In this document: positions 30,662 through 40,476 of the stretch, piece after piece
Layout of the letters: every line of letters starts with the position of its first letter
Numbering within the stretch: position 1 is the stretch's first letter
Assembly: GCA_963668355.1 (NCBI GenBank)
Contig: OY764265.1
Coordinates: forward strand, 736,001 to 800,000
DNA from: Bdellovibrionota bacterium
Lineage (GTDB): Bacteria > Bdellovibrionota_G > JALEGL01 > DATDPG01
Reading direction: 5' to 3'
Length of the DNA: 64,000 bases
Notes under the pieces: model-generated
Seen by the model: only the letters and a program-made list of their open reading frames with translations
What the model was told of the DNA's origin: nothing
The model's database searches: none
Made by a program: the position numbers and the translations under genes

Positions 30662-32107
30662 ATGTCGCTTTTCGTCATTAATCCGCTTCATATTCGAAAT
30701 GGAAAACATCTTGAGTTTCAGGTGGCCTGGAACAAGGCCATTCAAGGGAGGCCGCTGGAGGCCATTCAGCTCTTAGTCAACTCCCTGGCCAATGGAAAAG
30801 GCGCCACACAAAAGGAAATTGCGCGCTTATTGACAGATGGAATCGAAGGCCTTTCCGTTCAAAGTGCGCTTTCTTTTGTGAAAAAACTTGTGAGCGTCAA
30901 AATCCTCTTACCCAAAGAGAAGCGAAAGGCCTTTGCCGAAAAAATTCTACAAACTTACTTAAAAAAGGTTTGTCCTCTTCATTGTCGCCTAAGAGAAGGG
31001 AAAAGAGTCTCTAAGGATGAATGGCCGATATTTATATTTGCATCCAAGGTTTATTTTTCGGATGAGTTCGCGACGCACATGCTCTTACTTGCCCTTCGAA
31101 AAGGATATCCCTTCCGAGCATTTGCAGACTCGGGACAAACCATACGCATCGAAATTGAGAGAAACGGCATGGTTCGCTCATTTCACTCGGGTTTTCGTGA
31201 TGTGACCGAATTTGATTTTCGAAGTCAGACGATCACAGAAGACAAATGGACAACCAACTATTTGTGCGCGCTTGCGGGAATTCCTGTTCCCCCGCACATC
31301 AAGTGTCTCGACATGGAACATGGAAAGGTCTTTGCCAATCGTGAAGGTTTTCCACTCGTTCTTAAGCCTACGTTTGGACATGATGGAGAAGATGTCTACC
31401 CCCATATTCGAAGTCTTGAGGACCTAAAAAAGACGCTCAGGAAAGTGCTCCCAAAGTACAAAAACGAAGGAGGGCTTTCGCTTGAGAAGTACGTTCCTGG
31501 AAATCGCTATCGGATTGTTCTTTTGGGCTCCAAATTGGTTGGTGCCGTAGCTTGTTATGCACCAAAAATTACGGGAGATGGACAACACACAATTGCTGAA
31601 CTCATTGAACAGAAAAACAAGGCCTGGAGCCAAAAGGGAAAAATGGATGAAAGCCGATCCTCTGTGATCATCAATCAAGCCTTGAAGGATTGGATTGGAA
31701 GTCAAAATTTGAAACTTCGTTCCGTTCTTCCCAAGGGAAATTCCATCACACTTCAAGGCGTGATTAATTCAACACGCGGAGGTGTCGTTGAACTTCTTCC
31801 GCCCTCGGCCATTCACCCCAAAGTCATTGAGCTTACGCGAAAAACACTTCGGTTGGTGGGGCTTCATTTCGGAGGCATCGACTACATCGCACCCAATGTC
31901 AGTGAGCCTCCAGAAGAATGCGGCGGCATCGTGCTTGAAATTCAGGCGCACCCTGGAGGCACCCATTGTGAAAAAGGCGTATGGAAAACCTTCATGCTGG
32001 ATCCATACTCTGAGTTTTTGGAGAAAGTCTGTGACTACGCCTTTGAATACGACATGAATCGGCCCCCAGCCATCCTCGATGTTAGCCAGGATCAAACATT
32101 GCCTTGA
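30662..32107 (+). CDS. ATP-grasp protein (cyanophycin synthetase/GshF-like domain) with an N-terminal winged-helix/RRE-like domain
   Basis: EDKWTT..AGIPVP, FPLVLKP, LEKYVPG..YRI, ITGDGQHTIAELI, GGIDYI, VLEIQAHPG. Confidence 0.8.
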   Translation: MSLFVINPLHIRNGKHLEFQVAWNKAIQGRPLEAIQLLVNSLANGKGATQKEIARLLTDGIEGLSVQSALSFVKKLVSVKILLPKEKRKAFAEKILQTYLKKVCPLHCRLREGKRVSKDEWPIFIFASKVYFSDEFATHMLLLALRKGYPFRAFADSGQTIRIEIERNGMVRSFHSGFRDVTEFDFRSQTITEDKWTTNYLCALAGIPVPPHIKCLDMEHGKVFANREGFPLVLKPTFGHDGEDVYPHIRSLEDLKKTLRKVLPKYKNEGGLSLEKYVPGNRYRIVLLGSKLVGAVACYAPKITGDGQHTIAELIEQKNKAWSQKGKMDESRSSVIINQALKDWIGSQNLKLRSVLPKGNSITLQGVINSTRGGVVELLPPSAIHPKVIELTRKTLRLVGLHFGGIDYIAPNVSEPPEECGGIVLEIQAHPGGTHCEKGVWKTFMLDPYSEFLEKVCDYAFEYDMNRPPAILDVSQDQTLP

Positions 32108-32113
32108 TAAGGA

Positions 32114-33967
32114 TTACCCTTCTAAAATTTCAAACACACCTTCGACCCGCCCCAATGGAGCAGACAGCTGAATGCCGGAAACCTCTGAGCGAACGTGGCG
32201 AAACGTTTCCTTGGCGATCTTGATTCCTTCCGCAAAAGCGGCTTCCTTACTGGTAGCCTTTTTCATACGGTCCAATAACTCCTGAGGGACGGATGCGCCT
32301 GGGACCTCATTATTCATAAACTCCGCATTTCGATAAGAAATCAGGGGCCACAAGCCACAAACCAAAGGAATTTTCACGTGTTGAATACGGCTCAAGAATC
32401 GTTCAAAAATTTTGAGGTCAAATATGGGTTGCGTAACCATGTATTCTGCGCCCGCATCAATTTTCCAATCCAATCGCCGCAACTCTTCATCGAGATTGAT
32501 GGCTCCGGGATTAACGCCCACAGCCACCGAGAAACCAGCAGGCTCACCAATTTCATTCCCTGCGAGATCCAATCCGTGATTCAACCTCCACAGAAGATTC
32601 ACCAGTCCAATGGAATCAAAATCAAACACGGCTTTTGCATTCGGGTACGTACCCAGTTTCGGAGGATCACCTGTAATGGCCAAAATATTTCGAATGCCTA
32701 AGGCCCAGGCTCCCAACAAATCCGATTGCATGCCAATTACGTTTCGATCGCGACAAGCGAAGTGAAGAACGGTTTCAACCCCCACTTCCCGCTGCATAAT
32801 GACGGAAAGAGACAAGGCAGACATTCTCGCGGAAGCCCTCGGCCCATCGGGAATATTTATGGCATCCACCCCGAAGTGATAGAGCTTGCGTGCTTTTTCA
32901 ATTTGCTTGGTCGGTGCAATACCTTTGGGAGAAACCAGTTCGACCATTGTGACAAACTGCTTTTTTTCCAACTTCGTCGCCAATCGAGACTTTTCGATTT
33001 GAGCATAGGGCGTCACGTGCTCCGGAGTTTGAATTTTTTCTTCCGAAACTACGATTTCCGGTCGTTTGGTGGGTTCTAGCGCTTGAATGGCCGCTCTCAT
33101 GGCCCGAATATGAGCCGGATGGGTTCCACAACACCCTCCCACAATGCTAGCTCCGGTTTGAATAAACCGTTTGGCGTACTCAGCCATATACTCCGGAGAG
33201 GCCATGTAAATGCTTCGATGACTAACCCTTTGAGGCCTTCCGGCATTGGGTTGAACGGAAATTGGTTTTTCGGTCAGCTTCTTTAGTTTTTCTAAGGCCC
33301 GCAACATATTCAATGGACCCAAAGAGCAGTTTAACCCCAGAACATCCACCTCATGTTTCGAAATTTCTTTGACGAAATTTTCTAACGACCCGCCTCCAAC
33401 CAAATGGTTCACGTCATCCAATCTCACTTGGGCAACAATGGGAATTTTTGGACTCAAAGACCGAGCCGCCTTGATGCCCTGAACCAACTCCATCACGAAA
33501 GAAAAGGTCTCAAACACAATGAGATCCGCACCTCCATCCAACAAAGGTTGAAGCTGTTCTCGGAACAGCTCCTGAGCTTCTTCGTAGGACATTTTTCCCA
33601 ACGGCTCGATTTGAATTCCCAAGGGGCCCACGGAACCTGCCACCAACACATTTCCGCCGGAAGCTTTCTGCGCTAGGTCCAATCCTTTTCGATTGATATC
33701 GTAAACGTTTCCTTCCAGACCAAAGGAGGCGAGTTTGATGCGATTCGCGCCAAAGGTATTGCTCTCAATGACATCCGCTCCCGCTTCAACATATTCCTCA
33801 TGGACCGACTGAACCAATTGAGGATTGGACAAGTTGAGTTCGTCGAAACACGTATTAATAAAAATGCCCTTTTTATAAAGGTACGTCCCGACACCCCCAT
33901 CAAAAAGTATGGTTTCGTTTTTCAGCCGATCGCGAAATGATTTTTTCAATGTATTCTCCAAGGCCAA
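32114..33967 (-). CDS. yitJ: Bifunctional homocysteine S-methyltransferase / methylenetetrahydrofolate reductase
   Basis: FDGGVGT, GLNCSLGP, VGGCCGT; MTHFR half with CRDRN, ITGDPP, TQPIFD. Confidence 0.92.
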   Translation of the reverse strand: MALENTLKKSFRDRLKNETILFDGGVGTYLYKKGIFINTCFDELNLSNPQLVQSVHEEYVEAGADVIESNTFGANRIKLASFGLEGNVYDINRKGLDLAQKASGGNVLVAGSVGPLGIQIEPLGKMSYEEAQELFREQLQPLLDGGADLIVFETFSFVMELVQGIKAARSLSPKIPIVAQVRLDDVNHLVGGGSLENFVKEISKHEVDVLGLNCSLGPLNMLRALEKLKKLTEKPISVQPNAGRPQRVSHRSIYMASPEYMAEYAKRFIQTGASIVGGCCGTHPAHIRAMRAAIQALEPTKRPEIVVSEEKIQTPEHVTPYAQIEKSRLATKLEKKQFVTMVELVSPKGIAPTKQIEKARKLYHFGVDAINIPDGPRASARMSALSLSVIMQREVGVETVLHFACRDRNVIGMQSDLLGAWALGIRNILAITGDPPKLGTYPNAKAVFDFDSIGLVNLLWRLNHGLDLAGNEIGEPAGFSVAVGVNPGAINLDEELRRLDWKIDAGAEYMVTQPIFDLKIFERFLSRIQHVKIPLVCGLWPLISYRNAEFMNNEVPGASVPQELLDRMKKATSKEAAFAEGIKIAKETFRHVRSEVSGIQLSAPLGRVEGVFEILEG

Positions 33968-33969
33968 AC

Positions 33970-34989
33970 CTAAGGTTGAATCATGACTTTGAGCGTTTTC
34001 CCACCCTCAGAGACCAAACGAAACCCCTCTCCTATTTTTTCCAAGGGAAGGCGATGTGAAATCATGGGCTTCACATGGATGCGATTGGATGCGATCATTT
34101 TCATGGCCGATTGAAGGTCATAGGGAGCGGCACCATAGGACGTGACGATTTTCAATCCATCTCTCCAAAACCGACTGACGGGCAGAGAGAGTTGGGTTCC
34201 TTCTTCGCTCGTCGCAAAAAATTCGATGGTCCCCCCCCGTTCCACGGATTGAAGAGATTGTTCCAAGGCACTCAAAGCCCCCGCACACACCAATACCGTA
34301 TCCGCCAGCATTCCTTTGTTTACACTTCGCACAAACGCAGGAATATCTTCGCTCGCCAAAACCGTATGATCTGCACCAAACAACCTTGCCGCTTCCAAGC
34401 GAGCAGGGTCCACATCCGTGGCAATGATGCGACCAACTCCCGTTGCCCGGGCTAAAGCCATATGGAGAAGGCCCGAAAGCCCACTCCCCAAAACCACCAT
34501 CACTTGACCCGGCTTCACGCCGGCCACCCACTGGCCTCGAATCACGCATCCGAGCGGTTCAACGAACGTAGCCTCTTCATAAGACATTTCGTTAGGGAGG
34601 GGAAACACCCCCCGATCCACATTCAGCGCAGGAACCCTTATGAACTCCGAAAACCCTCCCGGATCCACATTTGTGGTGTGCAAGGTCTCACAAGAGGTGT
34701 GATGACCTTCCAAACAGTATTTGCACTTATTGCAGGGAATATGATGGGAGACACAAACGCGTTGGCCAATCTGATAATCGGACACGCCCGCACCAAGCTC
34801 AACCACCTCTCCAGCGATTTCATGCCCCAACACGCATGGCGCCTTTTTCAGGCGATACCATTCCAGAACATCGCTTCCACAGATCCCACAAGCCTGCATC
34901 TTGACCAACAGTTCGCCGGGCCCAACTTTTGGCGTCGGCCGATCTTCCAGTCGAAGGTCATGATTGTTGTGATAGACCGCAACTTTCAT
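33970..34989 (-). CDS. Zinc-dependent alcohol/polyol dehydrogenase (MDR family)
   Basis: CGICGSD, GHE, CNKCKYC..C structural zinc site, EPLGC. Confidence 0.92.
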   Translation of the reverse strand: MKVAVYHNNHDLRLEDRPTPKVGPGELLVKMQACGICGSDVLEWYRLKKAPCVLGHEIAGEVVELGAGVSDYQIGQRVCVSHHIPCNKCKYCLEGHHTSCETLHTTNVDPGGFSEFIRVPALNVDRGVFPLPNEMSYEEATFVEPLGCVIRGQWVAGVKPGQVMVVLGSGLSGLLHMALARATGVGRIIATDVDPARLEAARLFGADHTVLASEDIPAFVRSVNKGMLADTVLVCAGALSALEQSLQSVERGGTIEFFATSEEGTQLSLPVSRFWRDGLKIVTSYGAAPYDLQSAMKMIASNRIHVKPMISHRLPLEKIGEGFRLVSEGGKTLKVMIQP

Positions 34990-35002
34990 AAGGCCCTGAA
35001 AA

Positions 35003-35827
35003 TCATTCCTTTCCCCCGGCTTCTTGAAAGACTTCTTTGGCTTCAAGGGGGGTAAGGTTTTGATGGATAAGGGCATGTAAAGCTTTGGCCATGGCCACAG
35101 GTTGTGGATGCTGCCAAACGTTTCGACCCAAGTTTACGCCTATGGCACCTTTGCTGAGTCCGTCATGAACAAACTCAAAAACCTCAGAGGCTTTTTCACA
35201 TTTGGGTCCCCCGGCAATGATGACCGGGACCGGACAGGACTCCGTCACTTTCTCAAAACTCTCACACCAATACGTCTTCACGACCTTTGCCCCCAACTCC
35301 GCAACAATTCGGCAGGCCAGAGACAAATAGCGCGCATCTCGTTTTTCCAATTCCTTTCCGACCGCGGTCACTCCCATTACGGGGACTCCATAATTTTCAC
35401 AGTCATTGACAAGTTGCGTAAGGTTTTGAAGGGTTTGTGATTCCAGCACACTTCCAACAAATACGGAAATTCCCACAGCCGCCACATTCAAACGCACGAT
35501 TTCATCAATGGAAGTGGTGATGATTTCATCCGTCAAATCCCCCAAGACGCTACTGCCACCGGACACTCTCAAAATAACGGGCTGTTTAAAGTCCGGCGAG
35601 AAGCAACTTCGCAACACGCCTCGTGTACAAAAAAGCGCATCTGAAAAAGGTAAGAGATCTTTGACCGTCTCTCCGGGTTGTTCCAACCCATGCGTAGCCC
35701 CCAGAAAATACCCATGGTCGATGGGCATAATAAAACATTTTCCATCGGGTTGAATGATTTGGGTGAGACGGTTTCGCATGCCCCACTCAAGATGCTCACA
35801 TCCTTTGATCTCGGTTTTCACATTCAT
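35003..35827 (-). CDS. lsrF: LsrF-like class I aldolase/thiolase
   Basis: WGMRNRL, DHGYF, AELGAKVVKTY, IAGGPK, GRNVWQ. Confidence 0.88.
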   Translation of the reverse strand: MNVKTEIKGCEHLEWGMRNRLTQIIQPDGKCFIMPIDHGYFLGATHGLEQPGETVKDLLPFSDALFCTRGVLRSCFSPDFKQPVILRVSGGSSVLGDLTDEIITTSIDEIVRLNVAAVGISVFVGSVLESQTLQNLTQLVNDCENYGVPVMGVTAVGKELEKRDARYLSLACRIVAELGAKVVKTYWCESFEKVTESCPVPVIIAGGPKCEKASEVFEFVHDGLSKGAIGVNLGRNVWQHPQPVAMAKALHALIHQNLTPLEAKEVFQEAGGKE

Positions 35828-35872
35828 GGCTTGTGAAAAATATCATGGGGTCCGAGAGGTTGGAAATAATCC

Positions 35873-36532
35873 TTAAAATCGTTGGAGAAACATTCCACCA
35901 CTTAAAACGGCCAACGACACCAAACCAGCCACAATCAGGAGAGCTACAAAGGCTGCGGATTTTTGTGCACTGAGATTGCATCGCAGCCGGGCAAAAAGAA
36001 ACAAGATGTAAAGAACCCAAACTTGCCCCACGAGAGACACCACGGACGAAACCAAGCCCAATACAGCCACAGCCGGCCCCACAAAACTGAGTTGGGCCAT
36101 CAGAAAGCTACTGCGATAAAAACCTGCCTTCTTTTTGAAGATCAACATGACGCCATGAACAATGATGCCGGCAATGAACACCCCCACAACCCCCATGACA
36201 ATGCCATTTAGGACATGTCGAAGCGCTCCAAGCCCAACAAACTTGTACAGAGATCCCGCGAGAACAAAGCCTTGCAACACCCCACTGGTAACTGCGTAGG
36301 TGAGAACGGGTTCCCAAGAACCTTTGATAGGAAGGGCCTTGAGAGTCTTTTCAGGATCAAGGATGTAGATCTTAATGATTCCAGGCCAAGCCTGGAGAAG
36401 CGAGACCACCCGTTCCTTCAAGCCCTCTTGAGGGTCAGAGTTTGAATCGTTCTCCGTTACCAGAGCCTCTTCTTTGGGTTGGGTTGTTTCGCTCAATTTC
36501 ATGGCCTCCGATGGGGAAGAATACACGTTCAT
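35873..36532 (-). CDS. Yip1-like multi-pass membrane protein
   Basis: About five TM segments after a soluble N-terminus. Confidence 0.6.
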   Translation of the reverse strand: MNVYSSPSEAMKLSETTQPKEEALVTENDSNSDPQEGLKERVVSLLQAWPGIIKIYILDPEKTLKALPIKGSWEPVLTYAVTSGVLQGFVLAGSLYKFVGLGALRHVLNGIVMGVVGVFIAGIIVHGVMLIFKKKAGFYRSSFLMAQLSFVGPAVAVLGLVSSVVSLVGQVWVLYILFLFARLRCNLSAQKSAAFVALLIVAGLVSLAVLSGGMFLQRF

Positions 36533-36623
36533 TCTTCAATTCTCCACGCTTCTTACGTACGCCTTCAACTTTTCGAAATGGACATGTTAGAGTTGAAGAA
36601 GGACTTTCAAACAAAAGGAAATC

Positions 36624-37046
36624 ATGGAATTCGTAAAATGGGACCGGAAACTGGCTTTGGGAATTGATGAAATCGACCAACAACATCGTGTTTTCATTGA
36701 GATTCTTCAAAAGCTTTACGAAGTATGTCTCACGCCTGATTCCAAAAGCATCTTTTCGGCGGCCCTTCAAGAATTGTTGGAGTATTCCGACTATCATTTC
36801 ATGGCCGAGGAGACGTTCATGCGCAAACATGACTATCCAGAACTTTCCTCTCATCAGCTAGAGCACAGAAAGTTCACACAAAAAATAGAGACGCTTCAGG
36901 AGTCAAAATCTTTTGGAGGAAAAACGTTTTCAATGGAAGTCATTACATTTCTTCGAGATTGGTTCATCGAACACATCCAAGGAACGGATCAACAGTTCGC
37001 GGCCTTTTTAAGGGAGCGGAAGCTCGTGAATACGTCCGTTTCCTAA
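36624..37046 (+). CDS. Bacteriohemerythrin
   Basis: GIDEIDQQH, HFMAEE, HQLEH, WFIEHIQGTD. Confidence 0.95.
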   Translation: MEFVKWDRKLALGIDEIDQQHRVFIEILQKLYEVCLTPDSKSIFSAALQELLEYSDYHFMAEETFMRKHDYPELSSHQLEHRKFTQKIETLQESKSFGGKTFSMEVITFLRDWFIEHIQGTDQQFAAFLRERKLVNTSVS

Positions 37047-37050
37047 AGAT

Positions 37051-38901
37051 TCACTCTGCATCCACGCGGACCAGGTCCGAATCCAAATGATCCTCCGAGC
37101 GCAGAACCAACTCTCCCCCTCCCACCATGGAAATCACACCATTCTTATAAAATGATCTGGCACTGGCCCCATGCCACGCATAGGGAGATTCTTGGGGAAA
37201 GAGAGAGGTCCCGAGAAGAGAAAATCCGTCTTCCAGACTCGTTTGATAAATATAGAATCCCTCTTTCCAATCAGTCCAGTCTTCATAGGTAGCGACTGGT
37301 AGTACCAGGAGTCCATTTTCGGGGATAAAGCGAAAAGCATGATGATCATACATCGCCTCCGAGCTGCTATAGTCCGTTCCAATTTCTTCTCGAAACAGGA
37401 GGGTCGGAGCCGTCAGGTCTCGGACATCAAAAAGAGACAAAGCTACTTGACTGGTAGCCCCAAAAGCATTTCCACTCTGCCCAATGGACAGAAGATAGCC
37501 TTCCTCAAAGGGGTGAAGATAGGTTGAGAATCCTGGGATTTCCAATTCTCCTTTGAGTTCGGGACTCGTGGGGTCTGAAAGATCAATGGAAAAAAGTGGA
37601 TCGGTTTGTTCAAACGTAACGACAAATGCCTTGTCACTCATGAATCGAGCGGCATAGATTCGTTCCCCATCCCCGAAGCCTTCGACCGAACCCACTAAAT
37701 CGGGATCTCCTTCCACCAGCTCATAAACGAATACACCATTGCTGGAAGGCATCCACCTTTGAATATCCTCGTCCAAGTCGTCCCGATACGTACTGGCGAC
37801 ACGAAAATGCCCATCAAATTCGTCCATCGAAAATTGATTGTTGATGTAGCCAGGAACGTTCACTGTGCCTACATACTCAGGAGATTCGGAAAGACGGAAT
37901 TGATGAATCGGGGTTTCAAAACTCCACCCGCGCGAAGCCACAAAGGCATTGGACGTGGAAACATAAATTTGAGAAGCGTTCGATGCGGCCACACACTTCG
38001 CCTTGGGTTCATTTTCCAAGTGTTGGATGTTTACGGATGAAACACAGATAAGATTTGAGGGCGCGTTCCAAAATACAGGGTCGTCGACAGCCCTCTCCAA
38101 CACCGCAGGCTCTAAGAAGACATCCGTGCATTCACAGACCGTGTTTTCTTCCTCAAGAGATCTCGTCTTGTGCAAGAGACTCTGAATATCAAGTTCTTCG
38201 GAAGACGCTTGCATCCGAAGTCCATCGATTTCAGGACTGACAAACGGTTCCGCATCGTAGGTGGAAACATATCCACGAACACCTTTGCTCGTAAACAGAT
38301 AGACTTGATCATCAATCAGACGCGCACCTTGAAGTTGACCATCCAGGCTTCGACGTGTGGAGAGAGAAAGCATTCCCGTCTCCAAGCGATCAAACACATG
38401 AAGCAAGACCCCTCGTGAATCCGCATCTACGACCATGAGTTGATCGCTGGTTAAGAACAAACCCGTTTTTCCCTCACCCACGGAATACGGATAGGAAACT
38501 TCCGATGAGATTGGCTGAGGGCCATCTCCTAAGTCGATGGATTGAATCACACCGGCCTGCTCCACGGGGTTTCGTCTTAAGACGATGAGTTCTTCATCAC
38601 TCAAGCGATAAATGAAATCCCCATCGGCCTTCATCGAATCAAGCTCATCCACTCCAGAAACCTGAATATTGGTTTCACCCACCACAGAATCGTTCGAGGC
38701 CGATTCATCCGCCCCAGCAACCAAATCCGTTTCGACGTTCAACAAAGCCCTTTCCGAGATTTGCCTGGTAAAAACCTCAGTGAGTTCCTCACAGGAAGAA
38801 GAGAGACGAAGGTGGGTATCTCCCGATCGAAGGGTTATGGGATCACTCTCACAAGCTGCAAAAAGGGGAATGAAAAGTAAGCAAAATCCGAGACGCTTCA
38901 T
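37051..38901 (-). CDS. Beta-propeller domain lipoprotein
   Basis: Lipobox FAAC, TNIQVSGVDE, NQFSMDE, ERIYAARF, TFEQTDPLF, GELEIPGFSTYLHP. Confidence 0.9.
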   Translation of the reverse strand: MKRLGFCLLFIPLFAACESDPITLRSGDTHLRLSSSCEELTEVFTRQISERALLNVETDLVAGADESASNDSVVGETNIQVSGVDELDSMKADGDFIYRLSDEELIVLRRNPVEQAGVIQSIDLGDGPQPISSEVSYPYSVGEGKTGLFLTSDQLMVVDADSRGVLLHVFDRLETGMLSLSTRRSLDGQLQGARLIDDQVYLFTSKGVRGYVSTYDAEPFVSPEIDGLRMQASSEELDIQSLLHKTRSLEEENTVCECTDVFLEPAVLERAVDDPVFWNAPSNLICVSSVNIQHLENEPKAKCVAASNASQIYVSTSNAFVASRGWSFETPIHQFRLSESPEYVGTVNVPGYINNQFSMDEFDGHFRVASTYRDDLDEDIQRWMPSSNGVFVYELVEGDPDLVGSVEGFGDGERIYAARFMSDKAFVVTFEQTDPLFSIDLSDPTSPELKGELEIPGFSTYLHPFEEGYLLSIGQSGNAFGATSQVALSLFDVRDLTAPTLLFREEIGTDYSSSEAMYDHHAFRFIPENGLLVLPVATYEDWTDWKEGFYIYQTSLEDGFSLLGTSLFPQESPYAWHGASARSFYKNGVISMVGGGELVLRSEDHLDSDLVRVDAE

Positions 38902-39071
38902 TGAGAACTCCTTGGCTGTCATTCTCTTTAGTTTACAAAGGAAAACCCCAAGAAAACCATTTGAAAGTTAATGTTTTCTAATTTTTTGTTAACAGCCGTT
39001 ACCAAACAAGAGTTATTCTTAAATGTTTTCGGGAAGTTATGAAAATCCCCACAGAGACCCAAATCGAACTT

Positions 39072-40469
39072 CTACTTCCACAGAGAAGTCATCATATCGC
39101 GAACCTCAGGAATTCCTCCTTGCAAGACAATGTATCCGTCATGAGGTTCTCGCTCCGTGATTTCCCGACAAACCGGTGTGAGCATGATGTTTTTCACCTC
39201 TTCTCGGTCATGCGTTTGTCCCAAGGCCCAAATCAATTTCACATAAGCCGTTTCGGGAATCATGTTCCCCACAGGAACAACCCCTAAATCCATCAAGTCC
39301 CTGCCGGTATCATAGACGTACATTTGGGTGTATCCCCACAGGGTTTCAACCGTCATAAAGATATGAACGCCAGCTTCAATGGCTTTCGCAAGAGAGGGAA
39401 AGAGAGGTCGATTCACATGCCCCAAACCCGTTCCCGCAATGACAATTCCTTTATAGCCATTGTCCACTAAGGAATCGATCATATCCGGCTTCATATTTGG
39501 GTAATAATAGAGCAAGGAAACGCGATCATCACAGCTGGTATTCAATCGCACTTTTCGATTTGGATCTCTGACAAGGTAATCGCTTCGCAAAGGACGAATT
39601 TCTTTTTGAGAGACCGTCGCCAAAGGAATATCTCCGATCGTTCGGAATGTTGAACGATAAGAGGAGTGCATCTTTCGAACCCTCGTTCCCGTATGCAAAA
39701 GACCGTACTCGTCGGACGTCGGACCAAACATGGAAACCATGACTTCGGCAATGTCACAAGAGCCTGCCGCATGAGCAGAGTGAATCAAATTCAACGCTGC
39801 ATCGGAGGATGGTCGGTCCGAACTTCTTTGGGACCCCACAAGAATGATGGGAACGGGGGAATTCTGAACCATGAAAGACAACGCCGCCGAAGAATAATGC
39901 ATGGTATCCGTGCCATGACCAATGATCACGCCATGCACACCCTTTTTGATCTCTTCGACAACAGCCTCTGCCATAACGGTCCAATGTTCGGCGGAAATAT
40001 TCTCGGAAAACACACCGAGAAGTTTCTTGGTGGAAAGATTGCAATAGTCGGCCAACTCCGGAACAGCCCCATACAACTCTCCAGGAGAAAAGGCCGGAAT
40101 GACTGCCCCTGTACGATAGTCCAAACGACTGGCAATGGTTCCTCCGGTTCCCAACAAACTTACATTGGGTTTGGATCGATCCACGGGGAACTCCTGCTCG
40201 GGGATCTTATAATGAGCTTTGCGTTTCCCAAGAACATGGATGCCCTTGATCCGCTTTGCCAACAAGCCCACGTTATATCCCGTATCGAGCTTTAGCACGA
40301 CATGATGCTCATCCGCTGTTTCCGACCGAGGAAGAACAATTCCTTTGAAGATTCCGTCCAGGGTTTCCACCTCTACTTCACTCCAAATTTTTGCATCATA
40401 CTTCGTCAGCACGTCCAAGGAAGGAGATCGATAACCTTTGAAAGATTCGTTTTTTTCTGTGTTTGTCAC
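39072..40469 (-). CDS. gatD: Glu-tRNA(Gln) amidotransferase subunit D
   Basis: GatD-specific N-terminal domain VLKLDTGYNVG; TGGTIASRLDYRTGAV, HGTDT, GSQRSSDRPSSD, RKMHSS. Confidence 0.92.
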   Translation of the reverse strand: MTNTEKNESFKGYRSPSLDVLTKYDAKIWSEVEVETLDGIFKGIVLPRSETADEHHVVLKLDTGYNVGLLAKRIKGIHVLGKRKAHYKIPEQEFPVDRSKPNVSLLGTGGTIASRLDYRTGAVIPAFSPGELYGAVPELADYCNLSTKKLLGVFSENISAEHWTVMAEAVVEEIKKGVHGVIIGHGTDTMHYSSAALSFMVQNSPVPIILVGSQRSSDRPSSDAALNLIHSAHAAGSCDIAEVMVSMFGPTSDEYGLLHTGTRVRKMHSSYRSTFRTIGDIPLATVSQKEIRPLRSDYLVRDPNRKVRLNTSCDDRVSLLYYYPNMKPDMIDSLVDNGYKGIVIAGTGLGHVNRPLFPSLAKAIEAGVHIFMTVETLWGYTQMYVYDTGRDLMDLGVVPVGNMIPETAYVKLIWALGQTHDREEVKNIMLTPVCREITEREPHDGYIVLQGGIPEVRDMMTSLWK

Positions 40470-40476
40470 GACCGGT

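Noticed and set aside
5404..32107. Prophage, ICE or integron as the explanation for the accessory region
   Set aside because: No integrase, phage structural or conjugation genes; no distal att copy noticed; no convincing attC repeats.
39072..40469. Plain L-asparaginase annotation
   Set aside because: The extra N-terminal domain and the adjacent gatE identify it as GatD.
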